Positions 59,600-64,000 of a stretch of DNA of 64,000 nt are shown here, one piece after another. The stretch is taken from the IMG/VR virus record IMGVR_UViG_3300033075_001196, positions 32,001-96,000 of that record; one strand, given 5' to 3'. The position numbers were made by a program, and so were the translations under genes. The stretch's first letter is position 1. Every line of letters begins with the position of its first letter. The notes under the pieces were generated by a model. The model was not told the DNA's origin and ran no database searches. It was given only the letters and a program-made list of their open reading frames with translations. This stretch comes from a virus (taxonomy: Duplodnaviria > Caudoviricetes).

Positions 59600-61456
59600 T
59601 TATTTAATTTCACAACCATCAGGTCCACAAGCTATTTCTCCACTAAGATCCGTATTGTCCTCCATCTCAAGTACTTTTGATAAATCTATATCATGCAATG
59701 ATTCAGATAATCTATTATATTCGTCTTCAGTAATATCTTCGAAAGGAGTCTGTTTATAAGATCCTCCGTCGTACGGCAGTACTGATATTCCATTGTAAAT
59801 TTCCCGATTCTCCCATAACCATTCACCTATTGCATACCATTCATGATCTTTAATATTTACTGTTACTGATACATTATGGTAATTACTTCCTGTTCTGTGG
59901 CCTGGTTTTATCCAATCAGTTTGAATACGTTTAACTCTATCTAATAACTGCAATGGTGACTCATACCTCAAGGAAGATCCAATTGGTGCTTTTTGTGGCA
60001 CACAAATAATTGCTGTATCATGTGGTCTAAAGAAATCATCTTCAAGTAATTGTGGGTGATTTTCTAATAAGTATTTATATATAGCTTCATTCTTATTGAC
60101 TCTCATTCTTCTTAAATAAAAATCATTAAACCAAGCATGAATTCCTGAGCTAGTTCCTAATACTATACTGGTAGTTCCTGAAGGTTTTATTGTATTGCAT
60201 CTTGCGGCTTTATTGATACCAATAATTGCTGCCACCCTTTCGTTTTCCTCTTTAACAATTTTCGCAGCTTCCTTAATATTATATTTAAAAATTTCATTTG
60301 ATGCAATTCCCGTCATTCCAATTCCAATTAAAGCTTCTCGTTCTGTATTCCTTTTCCAAATTGGCCTTAAATAATGAAAATCTGTATATGACGCTTGAAG
60401 AGTCCCAATAAATGCTGCTGCTCTAGATCTATTATTAAAATCTTCTTGAGATTCAATATCACTTGCATTAATTTCACAAAGATTACAAAATTGATTTCTG
60501 ATTAGGGAAATTTCTGCGCAAGGATTAGTCGCAATGTCCTTATCATTAGTAAAAAATATCCCTGGTTCACCTGCTCCTGACGCTTCAATCCTTTTCCATA
60601 AATCTAAAAAGAAATCTTTAGTAATTTTATGTCTCAATAAAACTACTGAATTATTAGCTCTTCCTCTTTGAGGATTATTCTCCCACCAATTTCCGGATTT
60701 AGCTGCCAGCATATCATCATCATCTGCATTAAATAATGATATTAATGCCGCTCTTCTTATTCCACCAGCTAATACTGCGTCTGCTTCATGGCATATTATA
60801 TCATGGCATTCAATTGGAGTTAATTGATCTCCATCTTTTTTAGCAGATAATATTCCTTCTATTTTTACCAAACATTCTTTCAATGGTTGAGCTCCAGGAG
60901 CCTTTCCACCTGAAGTAATTAATCTAGAGCCTTTAGGTCGAATATCTCTAAAATCAAATTGTATTGTACTTCCACCGCTGTAATATGATTTTATTAATAT
61001 TTTTATCGCATCTGCCCAACCTTCTATACTATCTGCAACTAGCCACCTTCGTGTTTTATCTTTGTTTGGTTTTCTAATATCTGGCAGTTGCTCTACTTGA
61101 TGTTTTTGGACTCCAAATCCAACTCCGCACCCACTTAATAAAAGGAACATAATTTCAGAAAAGGCTGCAATATTATCTATTGGAAGATATGCACAATTAA
61201 ATATTCTATTTGGGGTTATTTCAATTGGTTTTCCTGCAAATTGCAATGATCTCATTGAAGGCAATACCTTCTTATCATAGACAAATTTATATGCCTCATT
61301 AATTTCATTTGCTAAATGAGGAAATTTAAAAACATGCATTTCTTTATTTCGATCAACAATTTCTTCCCACGTTTCTCTTCTCTTTAATTTATCATTATAC
61401 TTAGCATACTTCATATGTATTGCTAAATCTGACATAATTTTGTGATTTAAATCCAT
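59600..61456 (-). CDS. nrdJ: Class II (B12-dependent) ribonucleotide reductase
   Basis: PSMR, NC, TNPCAEI, CNL, TIKPSGT, C-terminal C...GC. Confidence 0.9.
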   Translation of the reverse strand: MDLNHKIMSDLAIHMKYAKYNDKLKRRETWEEIVDRNKEMHVFKFPHLANEINEAYKFVYDKKVLPSMRSLQFAGKPIEITPNRIFNCAYLPIDNIAAFSEIMFLLLSGCGVGFGVQKHQVEQLPDIRKPNKDKTRRWLVADSIEGWADAIKILIKSYYSGGSTIQFDFRDIRPKGSRLITSGGKAPGAQPLKECLVKIEGILSAKKDGDQLTPIECHDIICHEADAVLAGGIRRAALISLFNADDDDMLAAKSGNWWENNPQRGRANNSVVLLRHKITKDFFLDLWKRIEASGAGEPGIFFTNDKDIATNPCAEISLIRNQFCNLCEINASDIESQEDFNNRSRAAAFIGTLQASYTDFHYLRPIWKRNTEREALIGIGMTGIASNEIFKYNIKEAAKIVKEENERVAAIIGINKAARCNTIKPSGTTSIVLGTSSGIHAWFNDFYLRRMRVNKNEAIYKYLLENHPQLLEDDFFRPHDTAIICVPQKAPIGSSLRYESPLQLLDRVKRIQTDWIKPGHRTGSNYHNVSVTVNIKDHEWYAIGEWLWENREIYNGISVLPYDGGSYKQTPFEDITEDEYNRLSESLHDIDLSKVLEMEDNTDLSGEIACGPDGCEIK

Positions 61457-62011
61457 TTATATTTCCTTTTTATTTTTTGTTATTATAATTTCTGTTGGAT
61501 ATTTTTCAACTACTTTAAAGTCCTTTGGTGTAAATTTTTCAATCAATCGTTTTGAAAAGTAATACCTTTGCGAGTCAACTGGTTTAAATATTAATTTATT
61601 GCAATATGACAAATGCTCTTCAAAGAATGGTATTATTTCATCTCTATATATTTTTGCTATTGTATTACTCCTTTTATCCCAATCCTGTGATGATGAATTT
61701 GATGGCAATTCTTGATATATTGGTTTATCATTTTCATCATACCACCAAGTTTTAAGTTCAAAATATGGATCTGCTACTGGTTGGTATGTAATTCTAACAT
61801 CATAAATATTTCCTACTACATCTGAATACCTAAACCATCCCTTTCCCACTTTTCTATATTCATATGAATTGTTTGGATTCAATAATTCAACAAGTGTAAT
61901 ATATGTCTCAAATAAATTTCTTTCGAGCACATTAAATTCCTTTCCTTCAAGTAGTTCTAATCTAATTATTTCTTTTTTTAGGAAATCAAAATATATTTCT
62001 GTTAGCTTCAT
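61457..62011 (-). CDS. Hypothetical protein
   Basis: 184-aa ORF. Confidence 0.6.
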   Translation of the reverse strand: MKLTEIYFDFLKKEIIRLELLEGKEFNVLERNLFETYITLVELLNPNNSYEYRKVGKGWFRYSDVVGNIYDVRITYQPVADPYFELKTWWYDENDKPIYQELPSNSSSQDWDKRSNTIAKIYRDEIIPFFEEHLSYCNKLIFKPVDSQRYYFSKRLIEKFTPKDFKVVEKYPTEIIITKNKKEI

Positions 62012-62013
62012 TT

Positions 62014-62853
62014 TTATACTCCTGTTAATTTATCATACGCACTGACGTGCAACCTTGTCAAGCCAATAAAACCATATTTCTTGGACATTTCTAAAACAAA
62101 ATGGGTTCGTTCGTGAAAGTTATCTCTACTTACTAATCCAGGCATACAACACACATTTTGTAGTGGTATGTTAAACGGTTTAATATATGTTTCAAACATT
62201 TCAAATATATCATCTTCATTTGTAATTACAAATTTAAATTGATAATTTGTGTGTTCCATAATTCTCTTAATTGATAATGGGACTATTCTTTGTTTTTCAG
62301 TCATTCCACTATTAGATAATTTTGGAGAACAATTAATTTGATCTAATATATTAAATAAATCGTCATGAATATAATTTCTACCATTAGTTTCTATTTCATG
62401 ATATACTTTGCATTTTTGACCGCCATTGTCATATAGTTGCCAAAACCTATCAAAATTTATAATTGATTCTTGATGTTGTCTAATTGTTGGCTCACCACCA
62501 GTCCATATTAAATGAATTAATCCATTTCTGATATTATCATATAACCCTTCTTCTTTCCATCCATTAATTAATTCTTCAAATTCAACATAATTTCCTCTTA
62601 ACCAAACAGGAGTAGTATCACAGCTCCAAGTTGCCTTTCCTTCCTTTTCTAAATCACCAATAAATGCATCATTTAAATCAGGATTAATCTCTCCCTTTTT
62701 AATTTTATTTATGTATTGAATACTAGAGCCACATTGAAGATCACAAGTAGTTAATCTAATAAAATAAGAAGGGACTCCACTCGATTTGCCCTCTCCCTGA
62801 ATACTGTAGAATTTTTCTGACAGAAGGAACTTATTTGGTAATATTTTTGTCAT
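62014..62853 (-). CDS. queE: 7-carboxy-7-deazaguanine synthase (radical SAM)
   Basis: FYSIQGEG, C...C(insert)CDT, TGGEP, ETNG, SPKL. Confidence 0.9.
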   Translation of the reverse strand: MTKILPNKFLLSEKFYSIQGEGKSSGVPSYFIRLTTCDLQCGSSIQYINKIKKGEINPDLNDAFIGDLEKEGKATWSCDTTPVWLRGNYVEFEELINGWKEEGLYDNIRNGLIHLIWTGGEPTIRQHQESIINFDRFWQLYDNGGQKCKVYHEIETNGRNYIHDDLFNILDQINCSPKLSNSGMTEKQRIVPLSIKRIMEHTNYQFKFVITNEDDIFEMFETYIKPFNIPLQNVCCMPGLVSRDNFHERTHFVLEMSKKYGFIGLTRLHVSAYDKLTGV

Positions 62854-63100
62854 AATTTTTTATTTAAGATCTACTGGAGTTAACGTTCCATCTTCTATGG
62901 ATTTTCTAATCCACCGCATGAAATAAATTGCTTTATCAGTAGCTAATAATGTAGCCGTACCAATATCGTGTAATGGAACTTGAAATAAATATTCATTTGT
63001 GGTGTCTGGTTCACCTATTACATAATAGAAAATACCTGCCCTGAATGAGTCGAAAGCCACAATATTGTTTTTTATAAGATTTGTTAAATTTACATCCATA

Positions 63101-63649
63101 TTATTTATATTTTTGAATTGTATAATCATATCTTGCACATAATGCATTCCAATCGGGCACCTCATATTGTTTGTAAATACCTATAATTTCACCTGTAATT
63201 TTACTAAAACTGATTTTTATCGCTTTTAATTTTTCATGAACACTTTTAGGTATTAATAAAAAATGAGTTTTATCTGTAAACGGGTTATACGAAATTACTC
63301 TCAAGAGTCCTATTTTATTCGCTATTTTAGTAACTACTGCACAATGTTGTGTTTGTACATTATACTTCCCAGTTCTTACTTTATTTTTAATTAACCATGT
63401 CTTATTTGTTTTACATTGTACAGTGGTTGTTTTAACATCACTTCCATCTTCAAGATCCATTCCATATCCTATACTATCCATTGGGATACCAGATGTTCTA
63501 CTTATTGCTAATTCTGCCACCTGTGTGCCATTAACGAGGTTGTCTGCGATTAATCGTTCAACTGTTATCCCTCCCTCTGGATAGGCTTTTTGTAAACAAA
63601 ATTGTATTAATCTGATATTATGATGTGTGTTTTTTGCTAAAGTGTGCAT
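63101..63649 (-). CDS. Hypothetical protein, possible PD-(D/E)XK nuclease fold
   Basis: E.A...D..D.SDVK motif. Confidence 0.45.
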   Translation of the reverse strand: MHTLAKNTHHNIRLIQFCLQKAYPEGGITVERLIADNLVNGTQVAELAISRTSGIPMDSIGYGMDLEDGSDVKTTTVQCKTNKTWLIKNKVRTGKYNVQTQHCAVVTKIANKIGLLRVISYNPFTDKTHFLLIPKSVHEKLKAIKISFSKITGEIIGIYKQYEVPDWNALCARYDYTIQKYK

Positions 63650-63651
63650 CT

Positions 63652-63954
63652 TTAATATTTAATAGTTACATCAGCGATTTCAACTCTTTCACCAAATATT
63701 GATTCTAGATTTTCTTTAAAAATTGTTTCTAGCCTGGAAACTATGTAATCAATTTCCATTTCATCTTCATGTGTATCAATATCGCCATAGGTATATGCCA
63801 TACACTTAAAATCAAAATTGGACAATTCATCATATATTTTAAAATTAGTATCCAATTTTTCTATGAAAATTGCACCATCAACCATACTTCTAATATATTC
63901 CTCAACAGAAGAATTATTAATTTGAAATGATTCTACATCATTTGGAATATACAA
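63652..63954 (-). CDS. Hypothetical acidic protein
   Basis: 100-aa ORF. Confidence 0.5.
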   Translation of the reverse strand: MYIPNDVESFQINNSSVEEYIRSMVDGAIFIEKLDTNFKIYDELSNFDFKCMAYTYGDIDTHEDEMEIDYIVSRLETIFKENLESIFGERVEIADVTIKY

Positions 63955-64000
63955 TATAGATATATGCCCAACAATAAAATTAACTGGTTTATTTCTAAGC

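Noticed and set aside
1-64000. Stop-codon reassignment suggested by the UCA anticodon
   Set aside because: Long genes are intact in code 11; TGA and TAG end genes at tight junctions with the next start

Overview
This is an AT-rich, gene-dense segment of a large T4-like (jumbo-type) dsDNA phage. Essentially all real genes are on the minus strand and use the standard genetic code. The host is probably Bacteroidota, based on repeated TTTG-N20-TAnnTTTA promoters, a DUF4494-like gene and an Hc1-like histone gene. From low to high coordinates the window holds: (1) a RadA/Sms-like ATPase; (2) a TROVE/Ro60-like (DUF2828-type) vWA protein preceded by an array of tRNA-derived RNAs, most carrying a covarying stem and a conserved ACUUACAAA motif, plus further permuted or atypical tRNA-like RNAs; (3) tmRNA, three tRNAs and a ClpP-like protease; (4) a ~16 kb glycosylation/NDP-sugar island containing an RNA ligase; (5) a replication module (PolB, sliding clamp, and a clamp loader fractured by a split intein with an intervening endonuclease); (6) a 7-deazaguanine DNA-modification set (dpdA-like, folE, queC, queD, queE); (7) a Prs-like plus Nampt-like pair resembling NARP1, and dUTPase, HPRT, DenV and class II RNR. 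The best candidate for an undescribed system is the vWA/TROVE-like gene with its tRNA-mimic array and a putative autoregulatory leader copy (2461-6240). All protein assignments come from motif recognition by eye; no database search was run.
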